A DNA stretch of 64,000 nt from Chara braunii (taxonomy: Eukaryota; Plantae; Charophyceae), in assembly GCA_003427395.1 (NCBI GenBank), contig BFEA01000011.1, positions 1,342,202 through 1,406,201 of the forward strand, written 5' to 3'. The notes under the pieces were generated by a model. It ran no database searches and was not told where the DNA came from. It was given only the letters and a program-made list of their open reading frames with translations. Made by a program: the position numbers and the translations under genes. Below are positions 1-12,400 of this stretch, piece after piece (the stretch's first letter is position 1; each line of letters starts with the position of its first letter).

Positions 1-438
1 TGACACTGTCTACCGGAAAGCGTCTTTATAAAAGACTAGGAGAGACTTCGATGGGATCATCCTATATTCACCTATAAGAATTGTCTGTACTACGGTGAAA
101 CGAGTAAAACGCCCCTGGCTGGTCTACCTCTGCGATTGCATATAAAAGCTTTCGTATATAGATCAGTAGCTCGGTAGGGATACGCCTCTGAGGATGGTGA
201 CAACTCCTCAGGAAAGACGAGTTGTGCCTCGCGGGACCCTGACCTGTCGTAGGGGAACGCGAGAAGTACGACTGGCGCACCCGGCTAGAGCGGCAAAACC
301 CCGTCGTTCACCTCGATGAATTTTGGGGGAAGCATTCCGACTCTAAAGAGAAAAATATCAAACTCCTGCGTGATGCGGCCGGGAGGTCCCCCTTTCTTGG
401 GCCACGACGCGAAGTGGGAGGGGGCGTTGCGTCCGACA
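1..438 (+). repeat. 3' end of the 5' LTR of Ty3/Gypsy element E1
   Basis: Colinear with 16029-16466 (about 24 substitutions in 438 nt by hand count, no net indel). Ends ...TCCGACA, directly followed by a PBS. Confidence 0.93.
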
Positions 439-440
439 GG

Positions 441-458
441 TGACGCCGTTGTCGGGGA
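441..458 (+). promoter_or_regulatory. Primer-binding site, tRNA-Asp type (E1)
   Basis: TGACGCCGTTGTCGGGGA, 2 nt after the LTR end. Matches TGGCGCCGTTGCCGGGGA, the complement of the plant tRNA-Asp 3' end used by Athila-type elements. Confidence 0.85.
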
Positions 459-728
459 TGACGGCTATCTATCGTTGTCCCTGGTGGAACGACACTCGGG
501 TAAGGTAATCCCGAATAATTACCTTGTATTATTATTTAACTAAGCGGTTCGGTTGTGATTTGGTTTCCTCTCGAAAGGACAAGTGACATTATCGTGACAA
601 TGACCCTAGTACGACTGAGAGATTGTGAGATAATAACAACTCAACATGGATGGGCCAGCCCGATCGGTCAGAAAACCGCGTAATGCAATGAGTTTGTTAA
701 AAATATTTCCTGACTTACATATCTGATT

Positions 729-2900
729 GTGATCGTTGTTCCTCCTGACACTTCACTCAAGATGGGGAGCCCCAACCTCGCTGAGAACGATAGTCTGGGC
801 GACGAGAGGCGCAATGACATTCAGGAACTCGCGAGGCTTATCCGACAAACCACCACGTCACATGAGAAGTTTAAAAAAATTAAGGTTCCTCTGTTCGATG
901 GGGAGAATGTTACGGACTGGCTAGAAAAATATGAGTTGAATGCTCATGTGCGTCAATGGACTGAATGTAAGATGTTGGAAGTAGTAAAACGCTATGTGCA
1001 CGTTGATCTTGCAGAAGAAGTCGGTGAGATGGCGTGTAGGACACGAATCTGGAAAACATTATGTGAGCGAATGCTGGAAAAATATCAGCTAGGAGACGGA
1101 TTGTTGGGCGTCTCTGACCTTCGTAAAGTGAGTCGGCAGAAATTTGGGACAATCGAAGGGTTCCTAAAGAGGTTTGAGAAGGTAGCTAAGAGGGTTCCCG
1201 ATCTTTCCAATAAGACGAAATGCATTATCTTTCTGACCAACTTCACGGAAGTCGAGCAAAGAGAGTTGATTAAGGGTTTTACTACCAGGTACGACTGGGA
1301 TAAGATTAAGGAGAATCTTAAGGTCGGTGACTTCGACCAAATGCTCTATCATCTCCAGCGCAGGCAAAGGAAAATGCAGGAGGAGGAGTTAGTAAGTTGT
1401 GATAAGGATAAGGAGATGTTCGAGGCGATTATAGATGTTAGGATGATGATGAAAGAAATAAGGAAGGAGGGACTGTGTGGCAAGGAACTGACGGTGAGGC
1501 AACAAGACGGCAAGAGAAAAGGAAAAGAGAGGGAAGAAGAGTCCGACGAGGAAGGTAGTGAAAAAGAAGAAGAGGAAGAACCTCCTCGGAAAGCGACGAA
1601 GGCCGAACGAAAGGTCATGAATCAAACACGGGGAGGGCAAGGTACGAATGGAAAGCAAGCCAACTATAAGAGTGGCCATGAGAATGATAATTGTGGTACT
1701 ATCAATCAGCACCAGAGACAATCTCAAGATACCGAGCCCCGACAATTTCGGCCGCAAGGTGGAGGAGGTCGGGGGCGTGGTCGGGGAGCTTCTGGTGGTC
1801 GCGGTTACGGTAAAAAGGATTGGAATTGTAACTACTGTGCACAAAGAGGGCACGGTGTTCGATATTGTCAGACCCTCGCTAAAGATGAGGAGGATCGGAA
1901 TGTGTACATGAACATTCGAGGCGAGGTGTTCGATTTCAAAGGGAACCTTATCGATTCATACATAGAAAGAGGAATGAGGAAGGAAGCATTTCGACGCATG
2001 AACCGGACCATGTCCTGCACTTACCGGTTGGCCTCGAAAGAAGAAATGAAGGTTTTTGAGTCTAGAGAGGCTGCACGCCAGACGATTTTTAGTAGGCCTG
2101 ATGTTAGCAAGGGCAAGACTGAAAAGGAGAGGGATATGGGAAAAGCTTAAAGCTCGAGAAGCGGTTTAGAAGCATTTGGAGGCTAAGTTATGAGACTGGG
2201 TCTCGACATGGAAAGAGTTTGGCCGTGCGTGCCAAATATGTTTCTTCTTGGTGGACACGACGGGAAAAGGGGCGTGGCTCCTTTGGCGGCGTCTCTGTCA
2301 GCATTACGTGCGGAGGGACCGTCATCGTCCCACCTTCAAACGGTCCCTGCGGGAACGCGTTCCGTCTTGAACAGACCCGTCCTCCGAAGAGGAACGTCAC
2401 CAGCAGTCTCTCAAGCACAAAAGATTAAGAAGGGAGTCCAACCTCGAGTCGCGCCCGTTGTCAGTGCGAAGGCGCAACAAGAGGCGCCGGTAGTAATCGT
2501 GGAAGAAAATTTGGACACGGAAGATGAAAAATTAAGGGCGGAGGACGAGCGTCATGCAAGGTTACGTGCCCAAAACCGATGTCTAGATGAGAATCAAGAT
2601 AAGGAAAAGGATGAGGGGGAAGAGGAAGAGCACCAGAAGAAGAAGAATCGGTACACGATTCCGATTGAGGAAGGGATCGACATTGAGAAGATGGTGGACC
2701 GGATACTTGAGAGCCATCGAGATTTCGTAACACTCAAGGAATTTTTGGCAGCCTCGTCAAAGATTCGGGAAGAGCTTAAGCAAAGACTAACTCGACGAAA
2801 AGTGATGACGGTTAAACTAGGGGAGGTAATCCCACCTGAGGCAAATTGGACTCCTGCGGGAGCAAAATGGATTGGAGGTGCGTGGCGACTGGGTACATAA
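729..2900 (+). pseudogene. gag: Gag polyprotein (capsid-like region, RGG tract, CCHC zinc knuckle), interrupted by stops at ~2148-2186
   Basis: VPLFDGENVTDWL capsid-like motif and CNYCAQRGHGVRYC knuckle. The 2190-2900 ORF continues in the same frame. Confidence 0.85.
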
Positions 2901-3589
2901 TGATCAAGATAGGTGTTTCACAACATCTTGCGCTCATTGACACCGGAGCGGAGATGAACATACTAAGAAAAAAAGAGGCGCTAGAGTTAGGAATTGAGAT
3001 TGATCGCACTGATAATGGATTTTTTGTTGGCGTCGGAGGGTCGACACCCTTCTGTGGAACTGCCAGTAACGTCAGTATACAGATCGGCAAGGTAAAGGTA
3101 CGGTCTTATTTTTACGTGTTGCCACTGGTTGAGCATGGGGTGATGTTGGGACGATCATTCTTATGCCGATCAGAGTCCATCATCATCAATAAGCATGATG
3201 GGACGATGTTCATAATACTGTGCGATCCAGTGTGTGGACTCGTCGAGGTGATCAAGTGTCCGAACACCGGGCCTAAAAATTCGAGGAACAGGTTGAATCC
3301 TGAATCCTATAGCTTCGAGGAAGCAGAACAATTGGTGAGAGAACAAGAGTCATATGGGGAGGACGATGGGGAGAACCCGAGGGAGTTTTCCTTAGCTCTT
3401 CCCGATGTCTCACAGACTCTGGATTTCGTTTCAACCCACTCTGAAATCGACCGAAACCTTGTACAGACGCTAACTGAGATTGTGTTTGAAGGTGGTGGCA
3501 AGGGGAGTATGTTATTAACATACCGGCCTAGCACCCAGTCAGTTGGTGAGGAAGGTGTGATCCCCCAAGCCAAGCAAGGGTCTTTTTTA
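2846..3589 (+). pseudogene. Retropepsin aspartic protease region
   Basis: ALIDTGAEMNI catalytic motif and VMLGRSFL C-terminal motif. Joined to gag by an apparent 1-nt loss at ~2868. Confidence 0.88.
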
Positions 3590-6500
3590 GAGGAGGAAGA
3601 CTTAAAGTTGGATCAAAATGGCGGTATAAGAAAGTAGCTGACAAACCCAAGTCTGTCCCCGTCCTAGTCACCCACGACGAAGAAGTGTATTACAAGGAGG
3701 AGAGAGAGTGGATTAGAGCGATGAGGGAAAAAGGTGAAAGCGAGTCGTGTCGTCTGACCGATGAGAGAATTAAGGAGATGATCATTGGAGAAGTGGGTTT
3801 CCTAACAACGGAAGAGAAAAACCTCATGATTGATGTCATGAAGGGGGAACACTTGTCGTATGCTTTTAATGACGATGAGAGGGGAAGATTAGACGTTGAT
3901 AAAATCCCGATGATTAGAATACATACGGTACCACACCAACCTTGGAATATAAGGGGGCCGCGCTACCCTAACCCGGATGACCATCGGAAGGTTGTTGACT
4001 ACCTGGATGGGAAAATCAAGACGAAGGTAGCCGACTACTCCTGTGGACCATATGCGTCCCCATGGTTTTGTTTTGTCAAACCTAACGGTGTCTTACGGTG
4101 GGTACAAGACTTGCAGAGATTGAACGCGGTGACGGTTCGGGATGCCGGTTGACTTCCAAACGCGGATCAATTGTCTTAGGCAAGCGCCGGTAGACCCAGC
4201 ATCACCTTGATTGATCTTTATTCTGGCTATTATCAATTTCCCTCATACACGACTGATAGACCTATGACGGCAATGCATATACCTAGGGGGCTGGTTCACA
4301 TGTGTTCCGCGCCTCAAGGTTGGACTAATGCCGTCTCAATCGTGCAACGATATATGATGAAGGTTATACAATCGCTTTGTCCGGACGTGACCTCACCATA
4401 TATCGATGACTTGTCGATTCCAGGACCAAGGGAGAAGGATGAATCTGAAGTGAAACCATGCGTACGTAAGTTCATTTGGGATCACATTCACGACATCAAG
4501 AAAGTTCTGGCTAAGTTAAAGGAGTATAATCTCATGGTGAGAGGAGTAAAATCCAGACACTGCATAAGTGAGGCAACGATCTTGGGATTCCTATGCGGCA
4601 AGAAAGGTCGTCGACCGGATACCAAGAAAACGAATAAGATCTTAGAGTGGCCTACTCCGCTTAAGTCTGTTAGTGAGATAAGGAGTTTTCTCGGGACTTG
4701 TGGGTTTTGGAGGATCTTCATCCAACATTTTGCTGCAAGGGTGGAGCACTTACGCAAGCTCGTGCGTAAGGGCCAAGATTGGGAATGGGGACCGGATCAA
4801 CAGAAACTTGTTGAGGACATAAAGGCTGAGTTTCGCGAGGGAGGAATGGTGTTCGGGGTTCCATGCTTCGGTAACGACCCAGAGCAACCTTTCATTATTG
4901 AAACCGATGCAGGACCTACGGCTCTAGGAGGGGTCCTTATTCAAAAGGACGAGAGCGGGGTCGAGCGTCCATTAAGGTTTGAAAGTAGAACCCTCAACCT
5001 CACGGAGCGAAACTATTCCCAGTTCAAGAGAGAGACTTTAGCGGTGCTTCATTGCCGAAATTTTTTTCACAATTATGTTTTCGGACGAAGATTCGTCTTG
5101 AGGGTTGATCCGACTGCATTGGCTCAGTCATTAAGAAATTATTCCCCTTCCGATCCGACGATCGCAAGATGGCTTAAGTACATTTGGATGTTCGATTTTG
5201 AAGTCGAGAGGATAGCCGGCGTGAAGAATCAGGCAGACGGGCTAAGTAGAATCGGCTGGGACAACTCCAAGATCCGCGCAGAGGACTCTGTGTCTGTTGA
5301 CGGATTTCTGGAGATCGAGGAAGGTTAGCTAAGTATAAATTCTTACCATTATCTGGTTGATGCGTTTTACCGACAAGGGAAGTCTATGTGGAACGCTCCC
5401 AACTTTTATCAAGTTCATCCTGAGCTGGTGAAAGAAGAGTCATTTATCGATGAGGATCCATGGGGTGAAAGGTCCGGTGAGCAGATGATGAGCCTTGCGC
5501 TCTCGGACTACATTCGACTGTCGGAAGATCCCTTGTCGATTCAGGAAGGTTTTCGACATGCCGATGAGGTCCTCAAAGTGTCCGGCGGGACGTGTTTTGT
5601 GATTAACACATTAATTGAGGAGGACTTGCGGGCATTGGTACCAGCTGACAAGGACGGTAGGACGAAAGAGAGCTTTAGAAAAAATGAGTACGATGGGATA
5701 TAGAGAGAGATCGGATTATGGTTGAATAAGGAGATACGCGAGGAAAGTGTGAAAGGTGACATTCGTCGAAAAAGTGAAGAGTTTGTGGTTAGGTACCGCC
5801 ATCTATTTAAGAAGAGCGAAGACAGCATCCCAAAAAGGGTCGTTTGTGGAGTTACGAGGCAATTAGACGTGATTGCGGCTCTCCATGACGGGATTGCAGG
5901 AGGGCATTGCTCGGCTCGAGTGACGCTCTAGAAGTTACGACATCTCTATTTCTGGGACGGTATGAGTAAAATGGTTACGGATTACTACAATTTGTGCGTT
6001 CCTTGTCAAGAATGCTCCAACCATAAGTATGTCGAACCCCTTCACCCACGGTACGTTGCTGAACCAGGAGCCGTGGTGCACCTCGACTTGGTGGTTATGC
6101 CGCTAGGAATGAATGGGTATCGGTTTATCTTTGACGCAAGAGATAATCTGACAGGATTCGTCGACGGTTGTGCAATACGAGAAAGAACCAGAAGAGTTTT
6201 AGTTGGGTGTATCGAAGAATACTACCTTCGGTATCCTTTCATCCGTGAAATCGTGATGGACTGCGGTGGTGAGTTCCGAGCGAAAGAAGTTCAAACTCTT
6301 CTAGGGAGATTCGGCGTTAAGTACCGATATACCATGAGGGCGCATCCGCAGGCAAACGCTCCTGTTGAGCGGGAGCACTCCACCCTCACAAACTTGTTGG
6401 CTAAGTGGTGTGCTGGGGAACCTTCTAGGTGGCCGGTGTACCTTCGGACAACAATGTTTGTCGAAAATATCACCGTAAAAAGGACGACTGGGTATGCTCC

Positions 6501-6944
6501 GGCAACTCTTTGGTTTGGACGATACGTAACTTTTCCGATTGAGAGTCTCCTGACAACATGACAAAGGCAAGACTTAGAGGCTAACCTCTCATTGAAAGAG
6601 TTACTCGACCTAAGGGTCAGACTGATCATGGCCACGGAGGAAATGATTGGAGAGGCGTCGCTTCGACTGCAGCAAGTAGAAGGGCAGACAAGGAGAGATG
6701 GGACAGACAGCCGCGGGTCCGCAAGGAACCATTAGAAGTCGGTGATGTTGTCCTTCTCTATGACTCTTCGTTGGAAAAACAATGGTCGAGGAAGTTGGAT
6801 AACAGGTGGTTGGGACCTTATCGCATCCTCAAGAAATCGGAACACGAAGCGTATGAGGTCGAAGAACTTAACGGAGCTCGAAGACGGGATTGGGTTTCAG
6901 GATCGAAGTTGAAGAAATTCATACAAAGGGTCTCAATGAGGTAA
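3589..6944 (+). pseudogene. pol: Pol: reverse transcriptase, RNase H and integrase with GPY/F motif; multiple in-frame stops
   Basis: RT: PYASPWF, LRWVQDLQRLN, PQGWTNA, YIDD. RH: ETDAG, ERNYSQFKRETLA. IN: H..GH..CVPC, HLD, D.GGEF, PVER. WLGPY at ~6808. ORFs 3685, 4207, 5386, 5722 and 5962 are all in one frame. Confidence 0.93.
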
Positions 6945-7117
6945 GGATTGACACGCTCTCGCCTCAGTTGATTACATTTTTGCGTCATTGTCTGGTGATG
7001 ATTTGTTTAGTCAATCGAGTCGTGCCTTCAGTGAAAACTGATGGGTTTCCTTTCTTTCTTTTATGACTGTCCTTGAGGCGACAGGGAGGGAAAGGGGAAG
7101 TGAAGCTACAGTTCGAG

Positions 7118-8176
7118 ATGGCATCGAGCTCTCGCCAAAACAAGGTTCAGAAGATGGTGCGGGCTGCGATCGCTCGCTTATCCGAGAGATTGGCAGCTCA
7201 AGAGAAGGGAGTTCCTTTATTCATGGGGGATAATGTGGAAGAGTTCATTGATTTTTTCACGAAACTCGCTAACAAGGTACAATGGGCCGAGGATCAGATG
7301 AGAGACCAAGTGGCTCGGTACTCGGATGAATACTGAAGACCCGTTGTTGCTATTTTTGCAGAAGCATCAGGAGACAGGACCATTGCCGTCATGAGAGATA
7401 CCTTTAACTTTGGAAGTATGGAAGAAAAAAACAACCAAGCCATGATACAAATCACTCCCGTAGATACTCAAGCTGGAGCCGGAAACACATCGATTACAGA
7501 GCTACTGATAGGTATCATTGAACGACTCGATGAGTTGGATCGTCGTGTTACCCGCCTAGAAGGGGCACAGGGAAGGAAATATTCTGGATCGCAGTCAACC
7601 ACAACCTTGGTAAAAGGGAAGGAGAAAGTGGTTGAGCCTGCCACGAGGAGTACTCAGAGAAAATCTCTCGAGGACAGACCTTCACTACAGTCGAAGACAG
7701 GATCCTTGGTAATCAAGGAGGGAAGCTTGTCGTGGGAGAAAAGAAAAGACGGAGTGTCAGAGCCCATGAAGGTTGCTAGGCCGGCCCATCAGAAAAGCGT
7801 AGTTGTTGGAAGCAAAAGAGAGAGGGTCACATTGTCTAAAGATGAGAAACCGACAAAGATTGCCAAAGACAATTCCTCGGCCCGAGAGAGAGGAAATGCA
7901 TTTAGCACGGAACAACGTAGTGAGGTTTTGAGGAGGGTTCTTGGTCCTCCGCTGTCTAGGTCGAATGGTAGAACGAACTTTCTGAGGACGGAGGGGACAC
8001 CATTATCGGGACCTCCCTTCTGTGTCGTCTGTCAGAAAACGGGTCATAAGGCTAGAGATTGCCAAGTTCTTAGAGAGGAAACCAGATTAGAGCCGTTATA
8101 TAATTTAAAGGCTATATATATGTATACCTATATTATATATATATCTATATATATATACCAAGACTTTTGTTATTGA
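7118..8176 (+). pseudogene. Extra post-pol ORF: Gag paralogue (capsid-like N-terminus, coiled coil, CCHC knuckle), one internal TGA at 7334
   Basis: VPLFMGDNVEEF...QWAEDQMRDQVARY aligns to the element's own Gag. CVVCQKTGHKARDC knuckle. Both ORF pieces share a frame. Confidence 0.72.
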
Positions 8177-8700
8177 CTCTGTTTGACTTTATGATTTGAC
8201 CCAATTGGCTTGATATGAGAAATGTTGGACATTGTCGGTTAAATTTTCTGCTGGAACCTGATAAAGTAAATTAGCTGGATGTATTGTGACCGTACTGTGC
8301 AAGCTTGAAATTCTAAGAGGAACATTGGTCGTTCATTTTGAATTCTTGCTCATTGTTTTGGTATTGTGGTGCTGCATTCTTGCAAATTGGATGAGTTAAT
8401 TGATTAAGAGCTTCATATTGTTGAATTGCTATGGATGCAAATTGGGACGTGTGTGTTGGATGAAAATGTTGCCTCTCCCTGAAACTGAAATGAGGGAGGA
8501 CTTGGAAGAAGAACTTCTGATGAATGGTTTCTCTCGGAACGAGTCGGGTCCAGACGTTGTCTGGACAACTCCAGATGGTTGTATTGTGGAGGTTTGTCAG
8601 GGGCTATACCTGGCTCATTTGGGTCTTGCTGAGGTTAAAACGAGTCTTCAAAAGGGGATGTTAGGAAGCTCGGGGCCTCGGTGTTTATTCCATCCCCGAC

Positions 8701-8853
8701 ATCCATTATCGTAGTACAACGGTAGTATCCTCGTGGGACATGGGAGGCCGGGGTTGAGTTCCCGGCGGCACGATCGAAAAAGTGTCGAGGTGTGGTGTTT
8801 TGCATCCCTATGGCTCAGGAGAGACCCGGGTTGGAATCCCGGCGGTGATGGAT
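8701..8853 (+). ncRNA. Tandem pair of tRNA-like structures in the E1 3' UTR
   Basis: Two D-arm, anticodon-arm and CCGGG-loop-CCCGG T-arm modules. The outer helix is ATCCATTATCG/CGGTGATGGAT. Confidence 0.65.
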
Positions 8854-9012
8854 GTTTCCCCTAGTGAACTATTCAAACAACCTGATGGATGTCGATTGCT
8901 TACTAGCCGGAGGTTGCATCCGGTACCATTCGGAGAGACTAATGTTGTTTTGGTCACCGGTGGGGTGATACCGGAACCATTCTGAAGGAAGATACGTTTT
9001 GGTTTTAGGCTT

Positions 9013-9307
9013 CCAGAGGCTGAATCTGGGTAGTATTCCAAGTTCAAAAATTTTGGCTAGTCAGAGGCTGAATCTGGTACCATTTCAGTAATTGTTTTAG
9101 GATGACTGGGGGCTGAACCCAGTAAATCATGAGAGGGCTGTGTTTTGGGCTACCAAGGGCTGAACTTGGTTTCATCCACACACACTTTCAATTGGTTTTA
9201 TGCTTCTAAAGGCCGAATCTGGATATTATTGCAAAACTTTGGCTAGCCAGAGGCTGTATCTGGTGCCATTTCAATGATTGTTTTATGCTTCTGGAGGCTG
9301 AATCCAG
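9013..9307 (+). repeat. Array of 7 short hairpins with a GGCTGAA loop
   Basis: Stems CCAGA/TCTGG, CTGGG/CCCAG, CCAAG/CTTGG and CTGGA/TCCAG around the same loop, spaced ~45 nt apart. Confidence 0.8.
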
Positions 9308-9495
9308 TTTTGTATTGAGAGTATATCTGAATTTAAGATGGGTTGTCTTTATGAATGAGGGACATGCGTGCTTTGAGAGACCTTGCTACTAATATGATTG
9401 GAAACGCCAAGACGCACACAAAATTGTCAAATAGCTACTCACCTATGTGTTAGTCCTAAACGACGAGGACGACGTTTAATAAGGTCCGGGATGAC

Positions 9496-12400
9496 TGTCG
9501 GGACAGAAACCCTTACAAGGGTATCTGCCGGTGTTTTGACGGCTCGCGGGAAGGCGTCGTTCTATCCGTAAGCTGACAGGGCATTGGTGAGCAAGTAAGA
9601 GACAAAGTGAAGATAATCGCCACAGCGCGACAAAAGATTTCATGGGTATCCCAACCCCCTGTACATATTTACATTTCTTTTATTATCGGGTATTGACCCC
9701 GCGTCTGTCATTTCTAAATCAGTCACTCAGACTCTAGGGTTGGGCACCCAAGTGGTTGTAGAAAGGGCAGTTGACGCTACAAAGACATATCGTGGCGGAA
9801 GCTACTAAAGGAAGGAAGCCGCGGCGACATGGACGTTGGGGCTACCATTCCTTTTCGCCCCCTCCATCGAAGCAATGTGCGGCGGCCTAAACAAAAGGGG
9901 TGCCGCGCGGCCCATCGACCGCGCAAATCAGGGTCCATCGAAGAAAAAGACCAAACGTTAGAAACACTTGAAGCACGATTGCAAAAGGGGGGCGCTCGAA
10001 TTAAAGGCCTATCCGAAAAGATTATTGAAGAGAACCTACCCTACCGCAATCCCTATAAAACTCAACCTCGCTCCTATGCCATGCCATTTAGCTAGACTAA
10101 AGTGAATGTCCAGGTAATATGAGAGGAAGCCGCGGAAATAGGCGCGTCGGGACCAAGCATCCCCCGACGATCCTACCACTAGGACAATGCGCGACAACCT
10201 AAAAAGAATGGGGTCGCGCGACCGATCGACCGCGCGATTCAGAGCTCGACGATTGAAAACGACCATGTCGCACAATGGCTCGGAGGCGGCGTAATAACGG
10301 GGAAAACATAGGGTTGGAGTTGAAAATTTATCTACGAAAACCTACCGGAGAAAACACACCCTACCTGAATTTCTATAGCCCTGACTCCGCGCCTACTACA
10401 TACCTGCCTACCACACTAAGCTGCTAGGACCAGAGGGTGTGTGAGTGGTGTAAAAGGTGGGGGGGGATGCCACGGGGTTGTTGGCGTTGCGCCTGGCGCA
10501 GCCACTCATAGAGCAGCGGTGCCCCTCCCCACACAGAAATGAAGGCTAGCCCAGTCGGTTTGGGTGGCAGGCTGCTGAATAGAGGATGCAGGGATCAAAC
10601 CCGCGCGCCTGCAACCAGGCTGGCTCCATTTTCGGGAAGCGGAGATGCGCCTGGCGCAGCCACTCACATAGAAGTGGTGCCCATACCTTTACAGAGGTAA
10701 GGGCTAGCCCAGTCGGTTTGGACGGCGGGCGGCTAAACACTCAACACCTCCGGCCGCTAGGCCAACTTCTTTTACAGGTGACAGGAAGGCAGGAATGCGC
10801 CCGATTCGAATAGAACGTGGTACGAACCCCGACGCGCGATCTTATAAAATCACGTAGCCGGAAATCCGCCTGAGCGGCAAAACTTTCGGCCCCTGCCCGA
10901 TTACGGGCGGCTTCGATCTCTAGACAATGGGGTAGAAGGACCCCGTAACCATTGGGAGAAGGAATGTAAGGAGAAAGAAAACTCGATTAGCAGGTCCTCA
11001 GGGCGGGGATTCGAACTGCGGGCGGCGGGATGAAGGAAAGCGAAAAATCACGTTAAAGGAAGAAGTAACGAGAAAAGCATAAACAAAAACGATAAAAGGA
11101 AAACAAAACGGACGAAAATAAAACGAGACGAAAAATGACAAAAAGAGAAAAAAAAAAAAAAACAGACAAACTACGAGATGCCAGATGGCGCGTGGGAAAA
11201 CGACGCGCGGAATTTTGATTCAGAAGGGCTACAACGCGACCCGTTTCAAACGGATCTCTGTTTTTTTTTTTTTTTCCTATTGTTTTCGTTGTTGTTTCCC
11301 TCCCTATCATTCGCGTTTTCCTATGGCCGCCCATATCAGTGGGAGTGTATCTCCCCGTGTTCTAGCAAAAGATTCACTCCCCTTTTGTACATTAGGTAGG
11401 GTTACGCCCTAAGGAAAAACAAGTGCCCCACGCCCATGCTATGAATGGATTCGAACCATCGCACATAGGATTAGCACAAGGGAAGGAGGCCGTGGCTACG
11501 GCTGGGGCAAAAATGGCCATGATGGCCCTCCCTTTGGCCTCAGCTGAGTCATTATGGCCACCCTGCAAACTCAGCACCCCCACGTTGGATCTTTCTGATC
11601 CTGGGGGTGGGGTTGAGTGTCGGGGAAAGGACAGCAACACATGGGGGTAGGACAGGAGGCAGCATAAGGGGATTCCCGTCATTGAGATCAAAGGATCTCG
11701 TGGCTGGGAACCCATCAAAGGGAGAGAGCGACTTAGGATGAATAGGGAACTAAGTCCATCTTTTCCCTCGACGTACCGGCACTGGGAAAAATAGCCATGT
11801 ACATCAAACTTTAGGAATTCATAACTCCTAGAATAATTGTCAGAAAAATACAAGAAAAATTGTTTTAGAAATGAGATAGTGTCAGCCATCTCGTGAAAAT
11901 TACGAGATGACTGATTGAACTAAACTGAATAGAAAAAAACAGGGGAAAAGGGGAATAGTCAAAGTCAGTCGCACTAAGTGTGCGGCTGCGGTGCGACGAC
12001 GTCACACCGTCGATCTCACAAAAATCAAGGGAACAAGGTCATCTCGAATTATTGTCTAAGGGCTAGAGTGTCGAGGCACACTCTCCAACTCGACTATAAA
12101 AGCAGGCAATGCCCAGCAGTTGCCACACAAGGAGCACGTGTTGTAAGAGTGGTCACACACTCTAAGGCATTTGTGAGTTGCGGGAGTGCTTCGGGAGTGC
12201 TGCTGGGAGTCTACTAGAGGAGCTGTTGGAGCCAAGAGGAGAAGCAGGAGTCACCATAGCCACAAGGTGGAGGCACCTTGCCGACACATTGGGTTGGTAC
12301 CGGACCTACGACACATGTGCTAGGGACCACTCCATTGGAACGGGAGCTCACCTCTAAGACTCAAGGGAGCGGCATTTTGGACTTAGCTTTGACCAAGGGT

